In this document: in pieces, positions 10,184-21,800 of the stretch
How the letters are laid out: each line of letters starts with the position of its first letter
Numbering within the stretch: position 1 is the first letter of the stretch
Source of the DNA: Histomonas meleagridis 2922-C6/04-290x
Lineage: Eukaryota > Protista > Parabasalia
Assembly: GCA_020184695.1 (NCBI GenBank)
Contig: JAANOX010000068.1
Coordinates: forward strand, 124,001-188,000
DNA: 64,000 bases
Reading direction: 5' to 3'
Program-made: the position numbers and the translations under genes
The notes under the pieces: model-generated
Told to the model about the DNA's origin: nothing
The model's database searches: none
What the model saw: the letters and a program-made list of their open reading frames with translations, nothing else

Positions 10184-11797
10184 TAAACTATTTCCAAAAA
10201 AAGGAAAGCACGATACCTCACAATTTTTTCAATTTTCCAATTGAGTATAATCGTACTTCACAATTTTTTTCTTCATAAACTAGTCATTTGCTTTCCTTTT
10301 TCTCGAGAAAATCGGTTTTTACTGTTTATTCAGTTTTTCAATAGTGTAAGCAATTTGCCATTGTCCTTTAAAATTTTGTAGCGATATTCACATTGTCCAG
10401 ATGTTCGGGTATTTCCAAAAATCAGTGGTACTTTAGACCATTCTTTTCCATTCTCTAGAACGAATTGGCATAGCAATTTGTCCTCTTCATCTGTCCATTT
10501 GCGGATTGCTGCTCTTTGCTTGTTTCTCAGATCTAGAACTGCTCTAGCATTAGGGTCGAATCTTTCAGAATCATTGATGCTTAAATCAAATTTCAAAAAA
10601 AGTTGTGCATCATCAATAATTTGAAGCTTATTTTCACATTGGGGTATGGGCCCATTAAAAGGGAAAGTATTTCTTCTGATATATTCATTTATGCACATTC
10701 CTCCATTTAAAATACAATACTTAAGTCTTGAATTAAATTGTCTAGTTAAAGCATTTACCTGTTCCATTGTAAGTATATTATTCCACCAATGACGGCATAA
10801 ATTTATCATTTCATCGATCGTTTGTGCTTCTGATTGTTTGGATAACCATTCTTTAAGCATTGCCCATACTACTTCTATTGGATTCAAGTCTGGACTGTTT
10901 GCAGGCCAGATACCAAGTAAGTTGATTCGTTTTCTTAACCATAACATTGTTTCTTTTGCCACATGAGAAGGAGCATTGTCTTGCATAAAATAATATTCAT
11001 CTTTTCTGTTCAAGATTCCAAGTAGTTGAAGATTATGACAGTACTGCTCAGCATCAATTTCCACTGAAGAGACAACAAACTCTGACTTATAATTTATACC
11101 AATTGCACCGAAAATCATGATTTTTTTTGGCTGTTTTGTTTCATTCACATAAATATTTTCATTTGTACTGCCATGTTTTCTCCATAAATATGAATTATCT
11201 GGACAAAATTGGATTTTACACTCATCACTATACGCAATTTTTTCATTTTTTTCCCTCGTTTTGTAACATAGAATAATAAGCGAAAGTAAGTCTTCTATCC
11301 AAGCATGCTTGAGTCATTTGAGGTCTCCTTTTGGGTGATTTGAAAATAAACTGTAATTCTTGTCTGATTTTTGCAATAGTTGATTTTTTGATTGATTTTT
11401 CTGGACTGCTTATTTGTTGTGAAACTTGCTTGCAAGTTGACCTTGGTGATGAGATGGTTATTTCATAAATTTTTGCTTTATCATTATTATCAATTTTTTG
11501 AAGGTCTTTTCCTCTTTTTACAAGAAACTTCTCCGCTTAGCTGATATTCTTTAAGTACTAATGTAATATGCTTTTGTGATGTATTTAGACAATGTTCAAT
11601 ATCGCGATATGTAAATCCGAAACTTCTGATTCTTATAATCGCTTGATTTTTATTTTCATCAGGCATTACTCCTGGGTATTTTTTTTTGAGCAATATTGGC
11701 TTTTATTGGATCTTCTAAATAGAATCCTAACAACGACCAGCTTTCCTCCGATTTCTATCGTTCTCTATCGTGCTTTCCATTTTTTGGTACTAGTTTA
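10184..11797 (-). mobile_element. Tc1-family DNA transposon with ~30-bp TIRs and TA ends
   Basis: 10184-10215 TAAACTATTTCCAAAAAAAGGAAAGCACGATA versus reverse complement of 11766-11797 TAAACTAGTACCAAAAAATGGAAAGCACGATA (29/32 identical). Both ends begin with TA and enclose a DD34E transposase. Confidence 0.85.
10330..11780 (-). pseudogene. Tc1-like DD34E transposase with C-terminal Myb/SANT repeat, frameshifted
   Basis: HTH-like N-terminus (11490-11693), YSDECK, QDNAPSH-...-WPANSPDLNPIE (34 residues between D and E), C-terminal RKWTDEEDKLL...GKEWSKV...RTSGQCEYRY. Extra A in A-runs near 11495 and 11250, plus further 5' lesions. Confidence 0.85.
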
Positions 11798-13009
11798 GAT
11801 TAAATGACACTTTTTTGATTGAATATCACTTTTTAAAAAGTGAAGTGTCGCGAATTTGAATTAATTCGAGATTCGCTTTGATTTTTTGAATAGCATTGAA
11901 AAATTCTCATTTTAATATATTTGTTATAAAATATTGCTTCTCAAATTTGATCTCCATGTTTTACATTTTTCGACATAAATATATTTGAGAATTTATAAAA
12001 TGTCACCAAATTAATTTTTAATCAGAACGGTCGCCACCAAAAAAATATTGCTCTGTTGATAAATCAGTACACATTAATAATTTTGATCTGTAAATCAAAA
12101 AATATCTATAATAATTAATGCTATTTGTTAGGTATTAAATGATTTTAATTTTAATTTTATTTATGATAGATAATCAATTTCACTATTAATTAAAAAGTTG
12201 AAAAATATCTTCATCACATATTTTAAAATTATATGATATATTGGAATTTTTCATTAATTTTGATTTATATTCAGTTAATATTAAGTTTTATTCATTTTAA
12301 AATCAAAAAATATTGAAAATTGATTTTGAAATATAATAAACAACATAAAGAATAATAAATAAACATGAATTAACTATAAAATTCATTCATGAACATAAGT
12401 TGATGCAAACGTGATTGAAAAGCAGTCAAAAAGTTTCAAATGTCAAAATATGTGAATCGACCGTTATGATAGTTGAAGAACTAACGTTTGATAATTTCGT
12501 GTAATATTCTCAGATTCATCATTTTGGCTAATGCTGTTCGACACCAAGCATTATTTGTTTAAAGCTTAGTGATTGATGATGGTGATCGATCAATTGATCG
12601 AACAACCACCTTAACAAAATTGCATGAAAATTTGTTCTTATGAGTGAACTCCTTTGCATTAATAGTTGCTCAGATGAATTGACCATAACTGTTGATCATT
12701 ACCCGCAATACACCAATTTTTGGCGACGGTTATGGATCGGCAAAACATTTTCATTGTGAACATGTTCAAAAAGTCCTATCTTAAAAGTGACATTAGTGTA
12801 AAATATAATTGAATTGTTTACATTGGTATAAAGTATTGAAAAGGTTGAATGACATTTTGACTTAACAACTTTTTAAATGGATTTTAATCGTTTAATATTT
12901 TGCCAGTCGAGTGTAAACTATATAAAAGTGGAGTAATATCGACCGTTTATTTCGGGTTATTACAAAAAAGTTATTTATTTGATCATCCCTATACTACTGA
13001 AATTGCTGT

Positions 13010-13930
13010 ATGGAACACGAATGGGAACTACTAATATTCGTCAAAAATTTAATATTTAATTTAAACAAAGAAAATATTGAACAATCTGCAAAATCAATCG
13101 TTGACAAATTTAGTAATACTTATCCATTCTCTTTTAATTTACTTATAGTTAGAATTACACAAGCGGCTCTAGTTTTGCGAGAGAAAGAAATTGATTTGTA
13201 TTTGAATTTTCTCAAAGAAATTCAAAAATTGGAAATGAGCTTTCTAAAAGAAATTGATATTTTTGATATTTACATATATGCACATTTTTATGATAATGAA
13301 AATAGGCAAGAATTCTATTATATGATTACTAAAATGATTGAAAGTAATTTAATCGATATGACATCAATCACTATTGAAGAAGGAGTTGAAGAAATTTGTG
13401 ATACAGTTTAGCAACAATGGATTTCATTCCCAAATATTTCAATTACATCACTTTCTGACACTGCATTTTCATGATGATAATGTATCATTAAATAAATCAA
13501 AATATTCTAATTATGATAATGATGGAATTCTTTATAACAAAAACACCGCAGAACTTCATTCATAACCAAATGGTGAAGAAACAATATCATTTCCAAACAC
13601 TGTCACAACCATTCGATCATTATTTGAAGGATCTTCAATACGAATTAATACAATTCCAGGAACAATTAAAACAATTGAAACAAGAGCATAATATTTATGT
13701 TCTGATTTGATTACAGATAATATTGAAGAAGGCGTTTAAACAATTGGAGAAACAGCATCTGTATTATACTTCTTTGCCAAATATTACAATTCCAGGAACA
13801 ATTAAAACAATTGGATCATAAGCATTTTACACATGCTCTATTTAATATTGAAGAAGTAGTTAAATAAATTTGAATTTACAATTTCAGGGTGTAAATAATC
13901 TCAAAAGCATATAATATTATGGTGAAACAT
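13010..13930 (+). pseudogene. Chimeric remnant: DUF3447-ankyrin N-terminus fused to degraded BspA repeats
   Basis: 13010-13358 resembles the N-terminus of the 4563 gene (NLIFNLNKENIE...YPFSFNLLIVRI). From about 13360 the frame switches to TSITIEEGVEEI and NDGILYNKN-type TpLRR sequence with stops. Confidence 0.6.
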
Positions 13931-14889
13931 AACCAAATGATTTAAAATAATAATTATTTCATATAATATAATCATATGTATATAATGAGATGTTTAATTC
14001 ATGTCTATTGAAAATCATTAATTTAATAACGATAAAAAATGTTTAATAACATCAAAAACACAGCATTTTAATCACCAAATTCAGCTCTATCACGTTGCGT
14101 TCATTATATTATATAAAAGTGTCTTTATAACCATTTAAAGCAGCATCTTTTATGGGTGCTTTTAAATATTGAAACAAAAATTCTGTGTTGAATTGAAAAA
14201 CTTCAAGAAAACAACGAATTTTTTATTAATTAACCGTGTGATTTTTAACTTTTGTATTGGCCGATGTGTATTTAGTAAAGGTCTGTAAGTATCTTACAAG
14301 TTGAACCATGAAAATTCTTCATTTACTGTTCATTTCGAACGTCGCAAAGCAATATAGAGCCGATACAATACCAGGATTTCCATTTTTTGCAACCACCAAA
14401 ATATCAAATATGAAAAAGAACCTAAGCAAAGAAGGTCTCACTCATACACACAAAGCAAAAGATTCAATCTTTGAAGTTAATATGGAAAATTCTGATATAT
14501 TTAACAATAATTCTTCTATCGTTAAAACTGGTTTATTCTTAAATTTCATGACTGACAGTAAGTTTCCATCAATAGTACTCCATGATTTTAATGACAAAAT
14601 AAAATTCCCAGAATCATATTATTCATTTAAACAAAATAAATCCCTTTTAACCAGAATCTTTGTTGAAAACAATATACCAAGACAAGTAATGAATAGATGT
14701 TATGTGAATATACCTTTAATCCAGTATAAATTTCTTTGTTTTTTGTTGATGCAAAACGACAAAGACCGACCAAATAAGTTCAATGCTTTTGTTCGTTTAA
14801 CCACATTTTTTTCAATGATATTGGTAGTTTATGTCAATTTATTTCAGAAAAAATCAGTTTTGAAGAAGTTGTTTTTGTTCAACGATGAA

Positions 14890-16192
14890 ATGAAAGCAAA
14901 CGAAAAGAAAAAAAGTGAAAATATTTTAATTTTCGGAATGTTTTTCATGAACTCTTATCAAATAATCATGAAGATAGTTTAACACTTACAATCATAAATT
15001 CAAATGAATTTAATGAAATTTCTCAATATCAAAACATAACGAAAATTATCATTATCAGTGAAAACATATATGAAATTCCAAGTAATGCATTTTCAGAATG
15101 GCCTTCAGTTGTTTCAGTTGATTTTGGTAATTCAGTCACAAATATTGGAAGTTATTCATTTTCGTCATGTTTTAATTTAGAAACGATTATAATTGGAGAA
15201 AATGTTACAGAAATTGGTGGTGGAGCATTTTCAATGTGTTCAACAATCAAAAACATTACAATTCCAAATTCAGTTACAACAATTGGAAATTCAGCAATTT
15301 CATTATGTTCTAATTTAAGGATATTAACACTTGGATATGGAATCAGAGAAATTGGGAATTCAGCATTTGGGAATTGTTATAATCTTGAATGCATTTATTA
15401 TTATGGATATTCAGAACCAGAAATTGGAGTAAATGCATTTTATAATGTATCAACAAGTGTTATCACATATCCAACATATGTAGGAAGTAAATTTGGACAT
15501 TTAGATGTTTCCAAAGAAAACACAGAAGGAATCTGCAATCCACTTCCAACGCATTCATTTAGTCAGTCGAATACATTTGGAATAAGTAATACGTATTCTA
15601 TTCCAAACACATATTTTGAATCCTGTACATTTTCACAATTAAGTACATTCAGTCGAAGTTATGCATTTTTTAAATCAAATACATTTACTGAATCATTACT
15701 TCAAAATGATTTAACGCAATCTTTTTCATATTTATTAACAATTACATTGTCAATTACACATTCATTTACTTATTGTGAAACACAAACGAAAACAATTTTA
15801 TTAATTTCAAGTGATTCAATGTATATTCATATCGAAACAGAATATATTTATTACGATTACACAGTTATTGTTTATTCGACATATTATAATTATTATTCGA
15901 ATTTCTTCACATTTGTTAATAGAAATGAAATTTATTCAAATGATAATAAAACAATAATATCATAATAATCGTTTGTGTTATTGTTATTATTATTATTATA
16001 ATTTCATTACTTATTATATTATTGATTAGAATTAAAAATAAAAAAGAAGAAATTGACGAAAATGAAATTTCAGAGCAAAAAAATGATAACCAAACAACAA
16101 ACACATTCACAACAGGAATGTCAATACCAAATATTGAAGAAGATCCTTTTGCTGATGATTTTAAAGAAGATAAATTCATTGAGCAAATGTAG
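14890..16192 (+). pseudogene. BspA-like membrane protein paralog with two 1-nt deletions
   Basis: About 14985-15578 is nearly identical to 6405-6995. One frameshift near 14963 follows the signal-like segment and one near 15960 precedes the TM. The tail ends EEDPFADDFKEDKFIEQM* at 16192. Confidence 0.8.
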
Positions 16193-16444
16193 TTTTGAAA
16201 AATATATAATAAAATTTCGTTTTGTCTGGATGAGAATCTTTTTTTTTTAGATGAGAAGCCTTTGAAATGTTGGGGTGCCTCATTTTTTTATTTGTTTATC
16301 TTTTGATCGTAAACCGGAATGTTAATTAAATGTTTATTTGTTCTTTTAAAAGGAATGTACGGAACTGCATCGAATTTGATGCTTCCACATCTCAGTGCTT
16401 ACAAAAAAAATTCGTTTTAACAAATACCAATATATTTTACAAAA

Positions 16445-16873
16445 TTACTTTGGATTATATTGTTTGATCTTCTCCTCAATTTCACGAAGTTCCTCTTTAA
16501 ATTCACGTGCTTGTTTTGTTCTTTTTTCTTTGGCTAATAATAGGTTTTCTTCAGCTTTTGATATTTCGCGGTTTAATCTTTCATCTTCACTTCTTAACTG
16601 TGAAAGATGCTGTTGTTCACCTCTTGTTCTTGCAGAAATTGGATCAATTCTTTTTTCTCTCCGACGAGATCCTTCAACTTCAATTTTATTATATTGTGTT
16701 AATAATAAATTAATGATTTTAAGGGTTCTAAATTTTGAATCGATTGAACACCAATCTTCGTCTTCTGGGTTTGGCAGATTTGTAATACCAAGTCTCAATA
16801 ATTCCTTGGCTACATCAGTATAAGCAATGCTTTGATCGTCTTCTTCTTGTGGGATGTAATCTTTAAGAGACAT
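16445..16873 (-). CDS. Hypothetical coiled-coil protein (142 aa)
   Basis: ATG-initiated ORF with a heptad-rich C-terminal half; divergent from the next gene. Confidence 0.75.
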   Translation of the reverse strand: MSLKDYIPQEEDDQSIAYTDVAKELLRLGITNLPNPEDEDWCSIDSKFRTLKIINLLLTQYNKIEVEGSRRREKRIDPISARTRGEQQHLSQLRSEDERLNREISKAEENLLLAKEKRTKQAREFKEELREIEEKIKQYNPK

Positions 16874-16938
16874 TTGCTCAGTTGAAAATTTAAACGTACA
16901 TATTAAATAGGGTGGTCCAAATCAACCGTTAATTCCAA

Positions 16939-17892
16939 ATGTCTTTTCTTTCGCGTTTGTTCGATTTTGTAAAAGGAGAGAACAAAGAAAAAATCACAAA
17001 ATTAAATCTCGAACCTCCAACTTTTTTAGAAATTAGAGAAAAAAATCGTATTTCATATCCAAAATTTGATTTTATAAATGTTGGAAGAAGAACAGTTTCA
17101 ACGCAAATGGGTCCTGGAATGTGTGATTTTGCATCAGCTACAGTTGAAACAGATATTCAAATTCCAATTGATTTTGTTCAACCACACAAAGCAGAATTTC
17201 AACAAATGACCAAAAAATTTCAATTTATCCCAACTAAAATTCCAGAACTTTCTCAAGATAAATCAGTTCAAGAAAAACAAGAAGAAATTAAGCCAAATGA
17301 AGCTTTGCATCAAACACATAAAATGTATACAGATTTAATAAAGAAAACAAAAGCAACACCTCAATTTACAATCAAGAGTAAAGAGCCAACAGTTCAATCG
17401 CAAAATACAGATATACCTAAGCAGATAGAAAATTCATCAAATAATACATCTGGCCAAAATCCAAAGAATGACACAGACAACAGTGAGGCTCATCCATCTG
17501 AACCATGTTTTGCAATGACAAATTTCAAGCAAACCAAAGATACAAATCCTAATATCGAAACAGAAAGCAAACCTTGCTTTGCAATGACAAACTTCAAACA
17601 AACTTCAGAAAAGAAAGACGAAGGGACTACTTTCTCAATTTCTTCTACGAATGAGGACAAAAGTGAAAAACAATCACTACATGAAAAAATTAAAACATTT
17701 TTAACAAGTAACCTCGCACTAAATAAATTTAGTACAACGTTCAATACAGACTTCTCTCAGCCTTCAAGCATTTCAAATGAAATTGGCGGATTTCAATATA
17801 AAGTTTCGAATAACAGAGATACAACCACTAAACGAGGAAGAGGTGGTGCAACTATACGAGGGAGATGTAGAAGCTCTTATCGTGGAAGATGA
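16939..17892 (+). CDS. Hypothetical low-complexity protein (317 aa)
   Basis: ATG-initiated ORF with duplicated PCFAMTNFKQT motif and an RG-rich C-terminus. Confidence 0.75.
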   Translation: MSFLSRLFDFVKGENKEKITKLNLEPPTFLEIREKNRISYPKFDFINVGRRTVSTQMGPGMCDFASATVETDIQIPIDFVQPHKAEFQQMTKKFQFIPTKIPELSQDKSVQEKQEEIKPNEALHQTHKMYTDLIKKTKATPQFTIKSKEPTVQSQNTDIPKQIENSSNNTSGQNPKNDTDNSEAHPSEPCFAMTNFKQTKDTNPNIETESKPCFAMTNFKQTSEKKDEGTTFSISSTNEDKSEKQSLHEKIKTFLTSNLALNKFSTTFNTDFSQPSSISNEIGGFQYKVSNNRDTTTKRGRGGATIRGRCRSSYRGR

Positions 17893-17963
17893 AACACACA
17901 AAAAAATACAAATATCTATATAAAAAAGTGTCATTTAGGGTGCCTTGAAAATAAACGGTCGTT

Positions 17964-18740
17964 TTAATTTCTTTTTGCTCCGTGTTCTGCTTTCGATAAA
18001 ACTTCAAGCATCATACCACAAAGGAGAGCGAGATTGCTTTGCTCTTCAGTTGCAATAGCTTCAGTATGTTCGTTTGGATCCTTATGTGAGAACCATTGAG
18101 AAATTGTTGAGCATTCACGAATAATAACTGGATCAAATGGTGCTTCTTTGTTAAGAACTTTGATAAGATATGTTTGTATCTCTGCTAGGTGTGCGTCTAA
18201 AGCTTTAAAGGCATCTGCAGTAAATTCAATTTGAGATTCAGCATCACCTTCAGCTTGTAATTGCATCATGGCAATTCTTTCACCAAGTTCAGACTCATAA
18301 CTGTAATCTACAGGCATGCTTTTATCACCTTCAATAAGGAAAACACTGATCATTTGATCTTTTTGTTTGTTGAAATTAATACGAAGCATACATTCCATAT
18401 TATCGGCATCGCTTATAATAGATTGTAATTTATCTATTTCTTCTTGTGGGTAATCTTGTGAAACAAACCAACCAATTGGAGTTTCAAAAGGAAAAACCTT
18501 ATTTCTAACTTTGTACATGGTATTATAGACTTCTTTATCAAGTTCCAACTTGCCATCTTCCCTTTCATTTATTTTTATTTCAAAAGCACTATTAACTTCA
18601 ACTTTGTTTGAATCATATGAACCAAGAAGAATTCCACATGCATACTTAATAGGTGGGTCCATGAAAGGGATACGATTAGCATGGTCAGATATAACAAACA
18701 TTACATGAGGATGGAGAGAAACACTAATGTTGCTTTGCAT
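17964..18740 (-). CDS. CSN6: COP9 signalosome subunit 6-like (MPN- domain)
   Basis: VSLHPHVMFVISDHANR, GILLG, VEVNSAFEI, FPFETPIGWF and GERIAMMQL match the CSN6/Rpn8/eIF3f MPN- pattern, and resemble CSN6 most by recall. Confidence 0.75.
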   Translation of the reverse strand: MQSNISVSLHPHVMFVISDHANRIPFMDPPIKYACGILLGSYDSNKVEVNSAFEIKINEREDGKLELDKEVYNTMYKVRNKVFPFETPIGWFVSQDYPQEEIDKLQSIISDADNMECMLRINFNKQKDQMISVFLIEGDKSMPVDYSYESELGERIAMMQLQAEGDAESQIEFTADAFKALDAHLAEIQTYLIKVLNKEAPFDPVIIRECSTISQWFSHKDPNEHTEAIATEEQSNLALLCGMMLEVLSKAEHGAKRN

Positions 18741-18847
18741 TCTTTTTGTTCTATAAAAGGGTAAAATTACACTCTAAAAATGACAAAAAGTGACGGCCTC
18801 AACCATCTATTTCTAAGACATGTGATCTGAAATTAAAAGATTAAGTT

Positions 18848-21800
18848 TTGTTTGTTCAACAATTATCAAGTTTTAAAATTTTAGAAGCATCAGGGCATTA
18901 TGAAAAGGCATCTAAAATAATTGATGGACTTTCTTCATTAATAAGCAGTGATGTTTTTCATCCAAATTCCTCTAATTATTCGTTTCAATTTATTAGAACA
19001 ATAATTTTATCAATGATCCCATACACAGATCATTCTAATAATGAAGTTCGCACAAAATCACGCACATTTTCAAATCATTATCTTTCAATCGCAGCATCTT
19101 TTTGTCCAAAAGCTGTAGTCAAAATATTATCCAAAGACAGATCTTTTTCAGCTTATCCATCAGGTCAAGCAATTTTACTTACATGGTTTGTTAATGCATT
19201 ATCATCCATTCCAAATGATCGCAAAAAATACATTGAATTATGTCAAGATATGGTTTATCATAGCTCTCCAGCAGCTTTAAAGAATGTTCCTTTTGGATTT
19301 TGGAATTTTCTTCGAGAACATTTAACAGTATCAGATCTTAATAGTATTCTTATTCCCTTATCACATCCAGATCTTTCACATGCAGCTGCTTACATTTGTC
19401 AAATCGACATGAAAAACATGGCACCTCGTATTCTTTCCATTGCTTCCATGAATTTTGTATCACGTTTCATTTCCAATTTACGTGTTGGTATTGACCAATT
19501 TGATATCACTTGTGTTTGCGAACGAGTTGCTGATTCACTTCAAGAATCGAATTCTTCCACAGTTTCGGGTGGCATCGAAGTCCTCATTCAACTTCTCCAC
19601 TTTTTGTGGTGGAAACTGTCGACCGAAGAATCGATGTATTTAGCGCCGTTATGTTATACAATGCTTCGATTAGTTGATACACAATCCACATTAATTATTC
19701 ATAAGGCGTCATGCATTGAAGCATTAGTGGTAGCATCTACAATTAATGTTTTTTCGATTGATGATGTATTACCATTTACAAGTTTTGATAAAAATGAATC
19801 ATCACCAATACGACAAACAGCTTTAAAGATTTCATTTAAGTTATTAAACATCGTAAGCAAAAGGAAAGAGATCTTTGATTTATTCATTAATGTTACAGAA
19901 GAACGCGATCCAATTTTATTTGTCTTATTTTTAGAGTTATTTACTGAAAATTATGATGACCTTAAATATGTTGATGAAGAACTAGTTTTTAAATTATTAA
20001 ATTTATCATTAATACCATTACCAACATATTATGTTGAACAAAATCGAATTATTAAATTATTTACCAAAATTCCAATTAAAGATTTAACTGATTCACGTTT
20101 AAAGTTTAATGTTAATTTGATTCTTCATGAATTTATAAAGAAACCACATCCGACAGTTATCTCTGAGATCAAAACATTTATAGATAAGAAAAACAGTGAT
20201 TTATATACTATTAAAATTAGTGATTTATATTGGTTTGATGATAATGTTCAATATTCATTTCAATTCATTAATGATTGTGACCCAAATTTCATGATTGAAT
20301 TATTAGACTCATTAATTATTCCTGCGAATTGTTTACCTAATTGTTTAAAGATATTACAAAAGCATTCTAAAATTATCGCGAATTTATGCGTTGATCAAAT
20401 CATTATTTTGATTAATAAATGTATGAAAGTTATGGGATTTAAAGAAAGACTTAAAAATGTAAAAGAAAATTTAATTGATAAGAAATGGATTCGTTTTAAA
20501 ACATTAAATAATTTATATTCTTTGATGAATTCATTAATAGTCGATTCTGTTTTTGGTAAAATTTTCGAAAGTTTAATCTCAACTTTAATTTCTTTTTTGG
20601 ATTATATCGAAATCGATCTTAAATATATTATAACATTAATCGATTTTTGTATAACAATTTCTGATCCGTTTTGTAGTTCGGCTTGTAAATTACTTTTACA
20701 AGCAAATAATGTGTTTAATAACTCGAAAATTATTATTACGGATAACTTGTTAATACAAATTAAAAAAAAAAATAAAATGTTTTTCGATTCTGTTTCAACT
20801 GAACCTGTTTCAATTGTTTTTGCTGGAATCGAACTTTTAGGTCCTGAACAAACTTTAATTACTTGTCACAAAATAATAAAACAAGCGATAATTAATAACG
20901 GTAAAATCGCTAAACAATTTTTGGCTTTGTTTAGTCAGCCAATATCTGAAATGTCAACACTTTCGTCATTCGCCGAAATAGAAAAACGCGTCGAAATGAT
21001 CGAATTATGTAAAACGTCAATACAAAAAAATCCGGATTTAAATAACCAAGAAAATAACACACCAATTTATTTAAGAAAGTTTAAGTTTAATGAACCTAAA
21101 ATACAAGATGGATTTAAATTACACACAGGTTTCGTTTCTTCACTATATTCATTGATTTCTTTTCTTTGGTTTTCTGATTTGGATTTGCCAAGTGAAATGT
21201 CATATGAAACAATCGAAACTTTTTGTATCGATAACGGTCAAAATAGCCGTTTGTCTATCGGCTTTTTGGCTTATTCGATTAGAAAAAATAGAAAGATTAA
21301 TATCGATAAATGGTGTTCATCTTTTGCGCTCAATGTTAATGATGAACTATCTATTATTTCAGCTATATTGATATTTTCTTGTATCAATTGTAAATGGGAA
21401 GATATTTCTGAACATGTTCGATCGTTCATAAATCGATGCCTAAAGGCAATCGGTGCAACAGAATTCGATGACGATTTCATTTACCATATGTATACAACAG
21501 AAAATGGAGTAAATAAGGAATTAATCCGTTCAATAATTTCCATTGATGAATCTCATTTCCCATTAATCCAAACCAATTCTCGTCGAAATGAAAAGCTTCA
21601 AGACATCATAAATGGTCTTCCAAATTCCATTCAAGTGAATCCAATTGAATCTTTTTCCAACCTCTGTTATTACCTCTGTGACGTCAGTGACTTCGACCAA
21701 AGACCTAAACTCCTCATTCCTAAAATGAAAAACATTCCTGAAGTATTCTTATATTTCAATGATCTTCATAAACCCCAACACTTTAGATCTGGTTTCCTTC

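Noticed and set aside
10018-10221. 67-aa ORF
   Set aside because: Its start lies within the Tc1 left TIR region; probably spurious.
8256-11990. 12-bp inverted match TCTCAAATATAT as a possible MULE TIR
   Set aside because: Too short and AT-rich to distinguish from chance; it does not extend.
14308-14889. Long N-terminal extension of the second BspA copy
   Set aside because: No recognisable domain; the paralog alignment begins near MKANEKK (14890).
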